Part shown: positions 13,323 through 27,619 of the stretch, in pieces | How the letters are laid out: the number at the start of each line of letters is the position of its first letter | Numbering within the stretch: position 1 is the stretch's first letter | Assembly (NCBI GenBank): GCA_958009085.1 | Contig: OY253670.1 | Location: 1,240,001 to 1,304,000 of the forward strand | Reading direction: 5' to 3' | Source: Protoeuglena noctilucae | Taxonomy: Eukaryota | Length of the DNA: 64,000 bases | Translations under genes and position numbers: made by a program | The notes under the pieces: generated by a model | Told to the model about the DNA's origin: nothing | The model's database searches: none | Seen by the model: the letters and a program-made list of their open reading frames with translations, nothing else

Positions 13323-13868
13323 ACCCGCTGCCATGTAATGCTCTGTGCAACCATGCGACTGACTGGCAGCCTCCTGCGACTGACTGGCAAGCCCGTGCAC
13401 TTTCACGTTTTGACATAGAGATCAAGCTCAGGCTATCCAATCTCAATGCGCTCCGAATCTCTGACGCTACGACGCTGTTCTCACCAAGCAGGCAAGCCTT
13501 TGCAAGCACTGGGTCACTCGTGTTCACCAGCCACGCCCCCGTCTCCTCTAGGCGCAAGGGGATAGAGATATAGGGGTGTCTCGGGAAACTCCAAGGGCCA
13601 TGCGCTGATTGCCAAGGCGTGTTGGCCTCGGATGGCTGCGCTGGCTGGTCGGTGCGGGGTGCTGGGCAGGATTGTGGGGCGTGCTGGACGAGCCCAGTGC
13701 TGTGCGGGCTTCTCGAGCGACTCAAACATTCGCTGGTCAGCGGACGAAGAAACCCTGGCGGAAATCATCGATCGGCACATCGACAAGACGGCCTCTCGCC
13801 AAGACCAGGGTCCCGTGCGGCCAGGTGATGGGCAGTGCGCTCGCTTGGCCATCTCGTAAAGCTTTGAC

Positions 13869-14422
13869 ATGATTCGACCTGTCGCGACCCTCACATCCAA
13901 GTGAGCTCCGCTGCGGGGCTCGCAGGGGGCCCGCGAAGCGAGCCTCTCTTTGCCGCGATGAATGCTGGCTCTCACCGCTGCTTTCGTGCCGATGTTGATG
14001 CGCAGCGAGGTCAACAAGGCGCGAGGCCCTTCACTTGTACCACGACATCCTCCGCGCCGCGCAATTCTTCAACTATCCCAACGAGAGGGGCGAGGCCTGG
14101 CGCGACGTCATCGTCCGGAGCGCGCGGCAGGAATTTGAGGCCAACCGTCTCGTAACCGATCCAGCCACTATCGCCAGGCTTATCATCAGCGGCCGGGACG
14201 CGCTGGACCAGGCCATCGAGGCGAGCGTGGGCCGGCATGGGCACATCCGCAGCCTTGGGGAGACGGGACCCTGCTGGCAGAGTCGACGATGTGTTGTCCG
14301 CGTTATGACTGCGCTCAGGCTTGTCTTCTCTTTTCCCGCAGAGGGCCATTGAGAGGCAGAGAAAATTGGTGCTGGGGAACGCGGGCCATGCGGGAAGCGG
14401 CCCGAGCGGAGTGCCTCGATAA
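13869..14422 (+). CDS. LYR-motif (Complex1_LYR-like) small protein, 3 exons
   Basis: Spliced: MIRPVATLTSKREALHLYHDILRAAQFFNYPNERGEAWRDVIVRSARQEFEANR..IARLIISGRDAL..; ends in TAA. Confidence 0.75.
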
Positions 14423-15199
14423 ATGTTTCCAGTAGCCACCGATGCAGAGTGGTCTGGTCGAGCGACGGCATACGACGGCGGGGCGCGTATCGAGCGTGCC
14501 AGCGACACACATGTGGCGGGGCACGGCAGCGCCTTGAGATTGAGTGGGTGCGTGCCGTGCGCTGGACAGAAGCCTCTTTAGCGTTTGCGTGCACACCAGA
14601 TTAGTGCCGCGCCTAGGCATCCCCTACGCACTTTCTTAGCTGAAGCGACGTGCAACTTCGCGCCCGTCTGTGCGCGTGAAAGGCGCGTCAGAAGGCGCTT
14701 TTCGCTTACGTGTCGCGACGCGCTTCTTAGCAGGGTTCACCGCAGCCCTCAAGCTCAATGGGCTACCGGCCCTAGGGAGGCAGGTGGGAATGCGGAGCCT
14801 GGGGCGCGCCACCCGCTACACGCAGTCGCAGTCAAGTGTCAAGAGAGCACGGAGTCATGGCAGCGGGTCCCCGAGCCCAACTGCGTTCGCTGCTTCGCAC
14901 CACATTTGTGTCGACGTCCACGTTCCACAACAACTGCTCGCCCCGTGTCTTGCGCTGCTTCTGGGCGCGGGAGCAAATGCGCCGCGAAGCATGCTGTTCG
15001 TCGCTGTCATTACGAGGGACAACCGCGGCACGCTCGCAGGCTCGGCGCGGCGGACACGTGTGGGAGCGCCATGCAGGCGGCAGAGCGCACCGCCGGGACG
15101 GCGGAACCGTCCCATAATCCTCCGGAGACGACGGACCGCCGTCCTGTTGGCAGTCGTGGGCGCAGCGCCCCGCGGGAGCGGTACACGGGCCGCGACCGC

Positions 15200-18100
15200 A
15201 TGTCCGACTTGATTAGCGGATCGACACAGACCCAGTTGGACTTCCGGTGAGAATGCATGGACGCCGTACGAATGCGTGGAAGCCTCCTGAGCTGCTCAGT
15301 CCCACCAGCATCGCAAATGACGCCGCCTCGGGTCGTGGGACGCGTCCCTGGCCGCCTGTTGCCTGCAGCGGCGTCGATTTCGACAAGCTGGCCACGAAGG
15401 CCCTGCTGAAAGGGAAACGGCCCGAGTCGTCTTCCGGAGCTGGCGCCTTCTCCGCCTCCCATCTCCCCGCGTGGGACGGGTGCGTGGTTGCCCTCAGGGA
15501 CGGTGCGTAGCCGGGGTTGCTGCCCAGCGTTTGCTATCCTGTCCAAGCCGGACCTCCCCGCAGGGACGGCCATGCACTGGAGCAAGGGACCGGGGATGGC
15601 GCGGATGCTGAGGCGCGCACGGTGCCGCCGCCCAAGTCTCCCTCGCCACAGCAGGGCCTGAAGGGGGCGGTCAAGCAGGCTGGGAAGGTGGCCATGGATG
15701 CTGCCAACCGCATGCTCGGGTCTGCCGTGGAGCCCAAGAGGCGAGCGGTGCAGCCCTGGCGCAGAGCCTCGCCCCTGAGACCAACGCCATGGCCTGCCGC
15801 GTCCCTTGCGTTGCGTTTATGTGCCTTGCACTGGCCATGACGACCAGCATGACGCATGGGCATGTCTGCAGGATCGAGGAGGACCTCAACATGGAGATGA
15901 TGCTGCACCTGAAGCTGGCGTTTGACAAGGCGGACAGGGACAAGGGCGGGGGCTTGGATTTGGACGAGTTCCGAGATGCCTTTATCAACAGGCGAGTTGG
16001 CAGGCACCAGAGCGGCATCCGATGTGGCACTCGCTATGGCTTAAGTGTTGGCGGATCACGCACCGGGCTAACGGCCCTGAGGCGGCCGACCTCGTGACAT
16101 GTTGGGGGCCGCATGGCAGTGGCGGGCAGTGGCGTCGTGGGCCCATGGCATGCGGGGAGCGCTGGGGGAACACTCGCTGAGCCCTTCGCACCCGCAGCGT
16201 CCCCGGGAGCAACCGCGAGGAGAAGTGGGAGGCGGTGAGCAAGCTCTTCATGAAGGTGGACGCCGACAGCGATGGCATCATCACGTGGGACGAGTTCTCG
16301 ACGTTCATGATGCTGGAGAACCAGGGCACCGCGAAGCTGAGGGAGACGGAGGTGGGGGCCGCGCGGGGCAGGGGCAGCGGGCGGGTAGAGGCGTGCACGG
16401 CATGCCACCCGTGCATGCCGCATGCCGAGCGTCACCCATGTGCCCCTGCACGACCGCAGCTGTCCCTGGAGTTCGTGCGGTTGGAGGAGTTCCCCCAGGC
16501 CCCGGACAACGACGCCCACAAGGACAGCATCATGGCCATCGTCAAGATCCCGTCCCAGATCGGTCTCCACGACAAGTATGCCACGGTGTCCAAGGACGGG
16601 ACGATGAAGATATGGAGCGCCAAGGAGTTGACGCTGATCAAGACGATCGGTGAGGGGCAGTGGGGCGAGCGGGAGGTGGCGCGAGGGGCCCATGGCTTGT
16701 GCGCGTGTGCTGGGGCCATCACCGGTGCCAGCGCACCATGACCCTCTGCGTTCCGCTCGCAGTGGAGCCGAGTCACTGGGCGATCGAGGCCAAGGGCCCA
16801 CGCGCGCCCCACCAGAAGGGTGAGGTTGCTTTGGGGGTGGTGCGGGTGCACAGCACGGTGGCGTCATGCGCGACGACCACATGCTGCCGCCCCTGCGTGT
16901 GTTTGGAATGACGACCTTGTTGCGATCGTCGCCGCATCAGAGCCATCTGCCTACATACATATTTATCACTTTTAAGACCCACACGTGGCCCTGCTCGCAG
17001 CCGAGAGCGACGCGTGGATGACGGACGTCAAGCTCACGCCCCACAGCAACCGCCTTTTGACGGGGTCCTTCATGCGCATCCTGCGGCTCTACGATACGCA
17101 GAACTTCGACGTCGTGGGGTCACAGCACCTCGAGCACGCCCCCATGTCCCTGGACGTCTTTTACAGCGACCGGTGCGGCGCGCAACCTGTCAAATGCCGC
17201 TTGAGTGACTGGCTGAGCATGGCTGAGGCACCGTGGCATCCGTCGGGTGTCGCTTGATGGACTGCCTGCCTTATCTGTGCACCTCCGCCTGCGGGTGCGA
17301 CGTCAGCCGTGTCAGCATTAGATGACATCGAGACCCAATTGCGACCCCGCTCGCTCATGCCCCTCTCCACAGGCACCGTCGGGAGTTCGTGGTGGTGGGC
17401 GACGTGGGCGGCTTTGTCACGGTGTTCTGGCTGGAGGAGAACGGTTCCTTTGCCGACAAGGACCAGCAGAACGAGAGGGTCTTCTTCAGCAGGGTCACGC
17501 GTGGGAACCTGCACCTGATGCGCCGCATGACGAGGGTGAGGCGGCGTCGTGGGTGGGATGGGATGTGCGTAGAGTGGCACGCTGATGGACTCGCCATTGA
17601 CATGTACCCATGCCGTCACCGTGTAAGAGTGCGCTGGCCGTACCTGCACCACTCCACATACCCGCCCGTGCGTTCTCGCACCCAGGAGCAGTCCCGGCCG
17701 CAGACGAGCCTCACCGTGACGGAAGCGAGGGCCTCTGGCAGGAGTGGCAAGGTGACGGCGCAATTGAATACGCATGGCCATGCGTGGGTTCTAGCATCTG
17801 GTCCTGACAGATGGTACATAAGAGGCACTACTGGCCACTCGGGCCGCAGTCAGAGCCCTTGTGTCGCGATGCCTCGCCGCCTGTGTTCCGTCCGCAGCGC
17901 TCCCCCCCGCGCCCGGCGACGCGCGAGTCTGGCAAGTCGAACCGCCTGGACACCGTCAGCAGCGAGGGCAAGTGGGTGACGTCGGTGCTGTATTTGGACG
18001 GACTGGACGACCTGGTGGCCACCACCATGGACGGGGGGGTCTTCCTGCTCGACTTTAACCTCCAGGCAAGGCACACGGGGGGCGGGGCATGACGTGCGCA

Positions 18101-21100
18101 CATGAGAAGTTGTTGCCTCTGTGATGTGTGGGCCTGCGAGGCGCCCTGCGCGTGGTCTGTCGCATCTAACCACTCGCTCACCGGGCGGCGGCGATGGTGC
18201 CACTCCCTGTGGCCGCAGTGCACCCCTCCGATCGTTACTCACCCCGTCCCCGCATCGCAGGCGCCGCTGAGGCTCAAGCGCGAGTACAGCAGGCACAGCA
18301 AGGGCGTCTTCTGCTCCGCTTGGAGCAACCACTTCAACTTCCTCGCCACGGGCGGCATGGACCGGGTGGTGCTGCTCTGGACCCCTTACAACAAGGAGCC
18401 ACTGGCGGCGCTCACGGGCCACAACATGACCATCACCAACCTGCTGATCAACGACCGGGACGCCCAGATCCTGAGCCTCAGGCGAGCGACGAAGCGATGG
18501 GGAGACAGGGCGCGGGGTGCACCTCACGCGTGCAGTAGCCCAGTGGGCGTGTTGTTCGCCCGGTGTATGTTAAGGATATCTGGAACCCAAAGCGTTGACC
18601 CTTTCTCATCGTCCTCTTTCGCAGCACGGACAAGATGATCAAGGTCTGGGACATCCGGTCGCACCGTTGCCTCCAGACCATCCAAGGTGCGGGTGGCCAT
18701 TCTCAATTTGTGGCAGGGCACGCGGTTTGCACTGGCTATGTGTCTGCTATCATGCTGCTGCTTCTGTGCGGCTGCCCAATTCACCTGTCAATTGCTGTCA
18801 GCAACATGATGGCGACATACGTGTTTCGTCGCCCTGCTGTCCATGTGACTTGACAGCGATGGTTCCCACCACGCGCAGACACCATGCGGTACCGCCCCGA
18901 GGACGTCATCTCATCCATGTACTGGGACGTGAACCGCAGAGTCCTCTTGACGGGGACCACGCGACTCAGGTGACATCTGACGCGGGCCACGCTGCGTGGA
19001 CACACGTTCACATCGCACCTTCCGTTGACGCACGCCACGCTGCGCATACACACCCGTTGGCGTCGCACATTCGACACCCCCAACCTCAGAGCCGCCATCC
19101 AGCAGACTGTCCCCCGACACGCCACGCTCACGCTCCGCCCACACTCCGCCCCCAGGCCCTGGCCGCTGCGCTCGGTGATCAGCACGGGTGCCAGCGCCCA
19201 CGCCAAGCCCGTGTCGTGCGTGCTGTACAACCCTCAATTCCGGGAGGCGGTCACGGGCGACCACGAGGGCGTGGTGTGCGTGTGGGACGTGGCCACGGGG
19301 AACATGCGGTTCCGATTCCAGGACGCGCACGGGTGAGGGGGCAGGCAGCATAGCATAGCACTGACATGGGTGAGCGCATGCGATGAAAGCATGCCCATGG
19401 CCACCATGGAGCAGCAGCAGAGTCGCAGCTTCGCTCACAACCCATGATCACATATGTAGGACGCAATGCTGTTCCTCATTTCAGTCCCATTCCCAGTCAA
19501 TGCACTTCCCGCCTCCCTGCCGCACCCCACGCATGATTGGTCCCCTCCCTCTCCATGCAGTGGTGACCGCATCACGTCTATGGCCTTCGACACCAACTTC
19601 CGCCGATTGATTACGGGATCGGACTCCGGGGAGCTCCGCGTGTGGAACTACTCCTCCGGCAGCCTCCTGCGCGTGGTGTGCCCCAAGACGGGGCGCGAGA
19701 TCACCGGCCTGGTCGCTTCCTCGGGGTCCTACTCGGGGCGATTCATCGTGTCCGTCGGCTGGGACAAGCGAGTGACGTTTTACGAGGACGAGGCCAGCGC
19801 TGCCGTGCAGACCGTGGCGGCCACGAGGTTCCTCCAGGGACACCGCAGCGACATCCTGGCCCTCGCGCTCGGCCCGCACGGGATGCTGGCCACGGGCAGC
19901 GAGGACGGCGACGTGGTGCTGTGGAACCTGGAGAGCGCGGCGCTCAAACACCGACTGGTGCCGCCCGGGCACGGCGACAGGCGAGGGCAGCGGTCCCAGT
20001 TGTTTGACACGCAGCAGGGCTGCTGTGTGTGCCGGTCTGCGGCACATCGCACTGCTGCTTGCGTGCGGGCCCTGCAGCACAGCCCCTGTGGGCCATGGCG
20101 CGTCGACGCGAGCTTCGGTCATGCTGGTCGGCGCCCGCAGGAAGGCCGGGGAGCGTGCGTGCGAGGCGGTGGCTTTCTTCAAAACCAAGTCGATGTCCTT
20201 TGTGCTGGCTGCCGTCTACGCCGACCGGTTCCTGCGCCTGTGGAACGCCACGTCCGGGCACCTGTCTTTGGAGCACTACACCCACCACCGGGAGGGAGAG
20301 ACGGTGACGGCGCTGGCAGTGTCGGCAGACGACGAGCTGATCGCGACCGCGGACTCCAAGGGGTTCGTCAAGACGTGGCGCGTCGCAAACTACAACCCCA
20401 TGAAGATGTACAACCGGTGAGGTGGCGGCGGGGGTCACTTTTTATGCGGAAGTGCATGGCCTCTTGGCTTCGCCCTGTGGGTGTCACTGGTGTGTCACTG
20501 CTGTGCTGCCCTGTGGACATCAATCGCCCGTTGTCTGTCGTTTCTCTCTCACAGGATGCAGGGAGAGGGGTGCCTGGAGCGGCACGGCCACTGGCGGGCT
20601 CACTTGCAGGTGGTCACCGACATGGTGCTGGTGGAGCGGCAGGGGGCGCTGGTGCTGATGACGACCAGTCGGGACTGCATGGTGTCACTGTGGACGCCCG
20701 AGGGTGCCCACGTGGGGGACTTTGGGAAAGATCGGTGGTCGTTGATAGACCCGGGGACGTGGCGGCGCAGGGAACCTCAGCACGCGGCGGACGACGGCCC
20801 GGAGGCGGAGCCTACGCCGGAGATCTCTGCCTGGCTGATGCACGCCACGGCGCGGCAGCGGCAGGCGTACGTGGAGGCGGAGGCTCAGGGCGAGGCGAGG
20901 GCGGCGACGGCGGCGCTGGCGGTGGACGAGGAGCTGGTCAAGAAGAAGCGGCAGAAGGAGGTGAGGGGTGCAGTTGGTGTGAGGGTGGTGAAGAAGCGGC
21001 AGGAAGAGGTGAGGGGAGACGCGCGTGATGGGTGGCCTTCCCATGGGGGCGCCACAGCGCACGTGCAGCTACCATGCCCCTGGTACCATGCTACCGTGCC

Positions 21101-21895
21101 CCATCTCATGAGCACCCGCTTCCCTCGTGCTCCCGCAGCAAGCCGAGCTCCCTGCCCACCGCATCTTCATCGTGGACCCGTCGCGCTTCGACCGGGAAGT
21201 GAACTTCCCCTTCACCACTGGACGGCCCCAGTCCAGTTTCTTCCATCTCGTGCACATCACGCGGCCCGCGCCCATCCCCGACCGGCCCAAGGCGAGTTGG
21301 GAAGGAACGGAGCATCATGTTCACGCGACGAGCTGCTGACCTGCGCTGACCTTGCACCCCACGCCACGTCAGCGGTGGGATCAGTCGCCATGGGCCCTGA
21401 CACCGTCGCCTGGCCTCGACAGCGACAGCACTGGCGCCTCGCTGCCCGCAGACGTCGCAAGAGAAGATGGAGGAGGAGCGCCGCACGGCGCGGCGGATGC
21501 GGGGCCGGATCGGCACGGCGGCCACGCAGGCGGCGCGCAAGCGGGAGGCGGCGGCCGAGGCGCTCTTCGCCACGACCCAGGCGCTGGTGGAGTCCAAGAG
21601 CACGGCGGTCGCGGCCAAGTCGAGCATCGTGGCGCGGCTGCCGGAGATCCTGTCGGACCGGCGGGCGTCCACGCCGTCGTACATCAGCCCACTCATGCAC
21701 GCCCTGCGCATCTCCAACCCCTCCGGCATCCGGCAGACGGTGCAGGAGGCCGTGTCCACGCGGGAGCAGCCCCTCGGCAACGCCAAGCACAAGGGCGCGG
21801 CCGCCGCACGGGTCGTGTGGACGCACGACGCCACAGGCAGCAAGCCACCGGCCGCCGAGTGGCGAAGGGGGCCGGCCTCCGCGGCACCCGGGTGA
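15200..21895 (+). CDS. EF-hand plus WD40-repeat protein (WDR49/EFCAB8-like, probably ciliary), many exons
   Basis: EF-hands DRDKGGGLDLDEF and DADSDGIITWDEF. WD repeats include ATGGMDRVVLLW, GHNMTITNL, DKMIKVWDI, TGDHEGVVCVWD, TGSDSGELRVWN and GHRSDIL..TGSEDGDVVLWN. Confidence 0.85.
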
Positions 21896-22516
21896 CATGG
21901 GGACGAGTGCCCTTCCCAAGTCACTCCATATTCGGCGGCGGCCCTGGGGTTCGAACGCCCTAGCTTAGCTCGCAGCATAACTGCTGGCGTTGCTCGCGGT
22001 CTCTTGTGGCAGGGGCGCCGGGTCTCGCTTGCTGAGTCTTTCGCTCAGCGTTGCCGCTGATGAACGAGCGCCTCCACTTCAAAGGCGAATCCTGCAGTGT
22101 CCTTGGCAGCAGCCCCGCTACCCACGAGACGGCCGTGTGCTCATGGGTGCCTCGCCGGAGAGCTGCGTGACGAAAGGCGCGACTAGGGCATGCGGGAGGG
22201 TGGAGGAAAGGGTAGGTAGACAGGCTGAGAAGGTACAGGGCGGTTCCAGGCAGACGCTACTTGCACACGGAAGCGGCCACGCAGAGAGAAACCCAGAGAC
22301 AAGCGTGGGGAGCCTCCTGACCCCAGCGGGAGGGCGGCGCGGGCGCGGCCGGCCCGCGCCTGGCCCCACGGCGAGGGCCGCGAGCAGACCCAATCTGCCG
22401 CCCCTCCAGCGAACCGCCGCAGCGTCTCGGCTGCGCGCGTCCAGCGCCAATGGAGGAAAAACCGCCGCCCGCCGCCCGGCAAGGGCGTAGGCGGCCGACG
22501 CGCACAAGCTTGCGCT

Positions 22517-25500
22517 TCAGATGATAAAGCCGTCGGGGATGATCGAGTCCTTCGGAACGACGATGATGCCGTCCTTGATAATGATCCCCTGAGAGCGAAG
22601 GGCAGGGTGGGAAGTGGTCGCAACCCAGCGCGGCCACTGACGAGCAAGCGCGCATGGCCACGTACGCCCCGGCACTCGCCTCGCTCTCGCGGTTGGCCTC
22701 CGTGACGTTGCCCTTGTTGACGAGCTGCACGTCGCGGCCGATGCGCGCGTTCTTGTCGATGATGGCCTTGCGCACCACCGAACGGTTCCCGATGCCCAGC
22801 GGCACCCCCGCGCCGCGCTTGACCTCCTCGTTCGTCTCGTAGAAGTCAGCCCCCATCACCATCGCGTCCTGCACGAGCGCGCCCTCCCCCACGCACGACC
22901 GCAGCCCCACGAGCGAGTGCTGGATGCGCGCCCCCCGCCGAATGAGGCAACCGTCCCCGATGATCGAGTCCGAGACCTCCGCCTCGAGGATCTTGGACGG
23001 CGGGAGGAAGCGCGACTGCGTGTAGATGGGCGCGTCGCGGTCGTAGAAGGTGAACTGCGGCGTCGACCCGCACAGGCCCAGGTTGGCGTTGTAGAAAGAC
23101 TCGATCGTCCCGATGTCCTCCCAGTAGCCGTCGAAGAGGTACGCCTGCACGTGCATGCCCAGCTTCTCCGCCCCCGGGATGATCTCCCCGCCAAAATCGT
23201 TGGCCTCCGGGTAGTGCTTCAGCAGCAAGTCCCGCATGGCCGTGGCCTTAGCCACGTAGATGCCCATCGAAGCGATGTACGGCATCTCGGCGGCGCGGTC
23301 GGCCTCGAGGCCCAGGACCGTCGTGTCCACCTGCATGGCACGCAGGGCATCACCCTGCACAGACGGGGGCAAAGGGCGCACGACTCAGTCTTGCTTGTGA
23401 GAACGGACTCCTCCACAGCGCATGGGCACGCCTGTGCCAAGACATAAGCCTACAAGCGCCTTCGCATGCACAGGCACAAACACGCACAGGTGATGAGGGC
23501 GGCTGCCATGCAGGCTGGCATGCACCTTGGGCTTCTCCGCAAACTCGACGATCCGGCCGGAGTCGTTGATCTTCATAAGGCCGAAGGAGGAGGCGCGCTT
23601 CTCCCCGCACGGCAGCGCCGCCACCGTGATGTCCGCCCCAGCCGCGCGGTGACCCGCCACGAAGTTGGCGTAGTTCATGCGGTAGAGGTGGTCCCCTGCG
23701 ATGGCGGGAGCCGTCATTGACAACCAAACTATCAGCTGCGACCCAGGGCATCATCGTTGCCACCCTCGCTGACTGCACAGGCAGCCCACATGCGGACGCC
23801 ACGGCCACGCGCGCCCGCAGCCCCCCCAGCGACGACCGCGCGGGCACGGGCGCCGTGGTAGCAGGTTACGCCGCATTTAAGGCCATCAAATCGCTGTTCG
23901 CCTCTCGGCCTCACCAGACAGGATGAGGAAGTCCTCCACCCCGTTGGCCATGGCCTCCTCGAATATCCACAGGTACTGCCGAACCGCGTCCGCCGTGCCC
24001 TGCGTTGTACGAGTACGCGGCCGGCACCGTCACGAAGGTCATCGGACCACACCGGCATGGGAGGCCCAGGCGTGCGTGGTTCCACACACCGTCACCCTGA
24101 TTCGCCGCCCTGGCGACATTTTCCCCAAGCCCGAAGCCGCGCTCGCTCACCTGGAACCAGTTGGGGTTGACGGGCGTCTGGGCCGCTGCCAAAACCTCGA
24201 TGAAGCCCCGGTTCGTCACGGACGACACAGCGTTGTTGTAGGCAGTCGAGAGGTGGCGGTTCAGCGACGCGGAGTTGAACTGGGTGAGGCAGTAAACCTG
24301 CAGAGGGAAGGCGATGGCGGCGCGGCGGTCGGCGGGGCGGAGACGGAGCCATGGGGGGCACGGCCCCTTGCCACGTCATGCCCCCCGGAGGAGGCTCCCG
24401 ACAGCGCCCCGGAACAGCCGCGACGAGCGCGGCGCAGTCGCACATCAAAATATAAGGCCCGTCCGCGGCAAGGGCGGCGAGGGAGGGGGCCGCCGCCACG
24501 CGCGGGGCCCGCATATGCACGCGGATGGGGCATGGCGCGGCCGCGCCCGCCGCTGCCTGCGCCTCGCCTTAATGATGCCCGAGTTCAGGCAATTGGATAC
24601 GGGAATGTCGATCAGGCGGTAGTTGGCGCCGAGGGGCACGGCCGGCTTGGCGCGGGTCTTGGTCAGAGGGTAGAGGCGCGTCCCGGCCCCGCCCCCCAGG
24701 ATGATGCCGAGGACGCTCTGCGACACCTCCATCTCCCGCTCGTGAGCGAAAGTGGTCGCACGCGTAGTGTCCGCGACCGACGTCTCCTTGCCCTTGATGG
24801 AGGTCGAGATGGCGCGGGCCACGGCGCCCTGCGGATGCCGAGCACCAGGCCGGCGTGAGGGGCGCCCCTCGCGGCGCGAGGCGCAGTTGTGCGGAAAGAT
24901 GACGTCATCATCGCGCGATACGCGGGCCCTCGGGGGCGGGGGGACGCCCCGCGCGGCGCCCGCGCGCGCCCAGCCTGGCCAGCCTAGGGCGCCCGGAAAG
25001 CGGCGTCCCGGGGGCCTCCCCGCGGCGTCCGAGCGGCGCGACAACGAGAAATCGACGCCACGCAGCCCTCGCGAGCGGGGAGGCTGCGGATGCCCGCGCC
25101 CGCGCGGGCCCGAACGAGCGAACGATGTCGCTCGGTGCCGTGGCGGAGAGGGCGCGCGCGCAGGCCTCCCCGGGGACGGCGCCGGGCAATTGATCGCAAT
25201 CCCGCCGAATACTGCGGGGCCGGGTCGGGCCCGGGCCCACGCGATCCGTCGATGCTCCCCCCCGGACAGGTTGCGGCCCCCGTCAACCGCTCACCGCGCG
25301 AGCCGCCCGGGCGACCCCCGGGGTCCTCCAGCTTCCGAAGGAGCAGGCCGGGGAGGAGGACTCTGCGGGAAGGACGGGGCGGCCGTCTCGAGCCGGCGGG
25401 GTCCCCCAGGCGCAAGGCCGGGTTTGGGGCCCGAATGCGCGCCGGTCCGGGGCCCTCCCGCCCGAGATCCCTCGCAAACGCGTGGACGGGGAGGAGCGCG

Positions 25501-25724
25501 ACGCAACGCGACCGAACTACGAGCGAAGCGAGCCCCGGCGCGCGCGCCGCGACCCGAGACTGTTACGTCGACAGGCCCCGGCCGAATCGCGCTCGGGGGG
25601 GTCGATCGCGCCCACCCCTCCCGGCGCGTCCTGTCTCGAGGAACACAACGAACGCGGCGCGCGCCTCGCCTGCACGGGTGGGGGCCTGGGCGGCCACCGC
25701 GCACTTGGTCGCGGCCATCGCCAT
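22517..25724 (-). CDS. ADP-glucose pyrophosphorylase small subunit, plastid-targeted
   Basis: [92 protein letters not shown]. Two upstream exons encode a transit-peptide-like [13 protein letters not shown].. sequence. Confidence 0.95.
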
Positions 25725-25989
25725 CGCCGCGGTGTGCCTGCAGACTCCCTGGGTCGGGAACGGAGTCGACACGACGGCTCTGACCGCGGAGGTTTGTGGC
25801 GGCCCCGCGCGGGGCCGGGCTAGACGAACCCCGCTTCTGACGCCTTGACCTGACGTCCGCCTGCCCGCACGCGGTTTCGCCGCGACGCGGGGTCGACGCG
25901 GGTCCCCGCGGCGCACGGCGCCGCTGAAATCGACCACGCCGCGGGAATTGGCGGGACTCGACTTCGGGACCGCGCTCGGAGGGTTCGAC

Positions 25990-27255
25990 ATGGCGAGCTG
26001 CGCCCGCCTCACGCTGGCCCCTCGGGCGCCGGCGCCACGTCGCTACGTGGCGGCAAAAGCTGCTCCTCCCGCGTCCGTGGGGGCCCCGGCGAGCAAGTAC
26101 GCCGTGGTGGAGATCGGGGGCGTCCAGCAGATCGTCGAGGAGGGGAGGTGAGAGTCCCCGCGGGTCGGTTTCAGTCTCCTTGATGTCATGGGGGCGCGGA
26201 GCCTGCCGCGGGGCCTGGGGCGGACCCCGGACTCCGCTGCCAGTCGAGCCGCAGCGCCGCGACGCCCGCGCGCCACCCGGCCCCGCCGCCGGGGGACTCC
26301 GGAGGGTCGTGCGAAATATCAGCGTTGCTCCCCCCCGCCTCCGCCCTCCCGCGCGGCGCGCGGGTTGCGTCGGCCTCATGCTCCCCATCCGTTCCTCCCC
26401 GGGGCGCTGGGGCCTCTTGACGCGCCTGTTGCCGGCAGCGACCTCGCGACACTGCCCCGGAACTCTGTGCCGGACTGGAGGGGGGAGGACGACCTCCGCA
26501 AGCGTTCTCTCTGGTGCCGCAGGTTCTACACGACGGACCGGATGAACGTGGAGGCGGGGACGTCCATTCAGCTGAACCGCGTGCTTGCGTTGAGGGTGAG
26601 AGAGCGCCTGGAGCACGCCGCTCGGCGCGGCACGCAGAGGAGCTGCCGGCAGCTGGTTCGCGTGCACGACGTCTCTGCGCCGTTGCCTCATGACGCCCTT
26701 CCTACGCCCGACCGCAGGACGGCTCGGACTTCAAGGTGGGGATGCCTTACGTCGACGGGGCGGTGGTGGAGGCGGAGGTGCTGGAGCACACGAAGGGGCC
26801 GAAGGTGACCGGCGGCGCTGCACACCTGTCGAGGGGTTTGCGATGTGCCGGGCGGGCACCCAGACCAGCCAGCCGTGAACGGCTGTGTTATGCTCTGTAT
26901 GAACAGCCGTTCGACACGCGCGCACCCTCGTCCCCGCAACCGCAGCTGACCATCTTCAAGTTCCGGCCCAAGAAGCACTACAAGCGCAAGACGGGCCACC
27001 GCCAGCCCGAGACGAAATTCCTTGTCAAGAAGGCGAGTCTGCCGTGTATGGGGGGTTCACGGCGTCATGCATCCCTGCGATGCGCTGAGGCCGAGGGCGG
27101 GGGCGGGCGCCCTGCTGGCCCTAGCTGGGCCCATTCCCGCGTGGCATGGCGCTGCACGTCGCGCGATTGGACGACCGTGTGGCGTGAGCATCACCGATTG
27201 TTGCGTTCAAACGAGAGCCAGCCCCTGGTCCCCTCGCGCGCAGATTTTGGCTTGA
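25990..27255 (+). CDS. RPL21: Plastid 50S ribosomal protein L21, about 5 exons
   Basis: Transit peptide followed by YAVVEIGGVQQIVEEGRFY..LNRVLAL..VGMPYV.GAVVEAEVLEHTKGPK..IFKFRPKKHYKRKTGHRQ. Confidence 0.93.
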
Positions 27256-27619
27256 CAGACGCATGCCTGGGAGAGAGGCCGATGGGGGGCCACCGAGGAC
27301 CGCCACGAAGCATGCACGTGTGCTGGGCATAGAATCGCTCCCCGCACCCGCCTGCCCCTGCGATTAAAGTGTGGACAGTCAGTCAGACAGCGGGCGGTGC
27401 CACAAATCTGGCCACCCGCGGTGCGGGGAGACGTTTTTCACTCTCCAGCGGCTAGACGGGCCTTGAAAGCGCGACAGCGGCAGCGTGCAGGCGATAGTGG
27501 GCCCGAAAGCGTCTGTGGACGTTGACCGCGACGATTGTCTGAGCGTTGGCACCTTACTCCACTGAATAATGCGCTGAGAAGCCGAGCCCGCTGCTTGAGC
27601 TGCTCAGCGGCGAGCTGGG

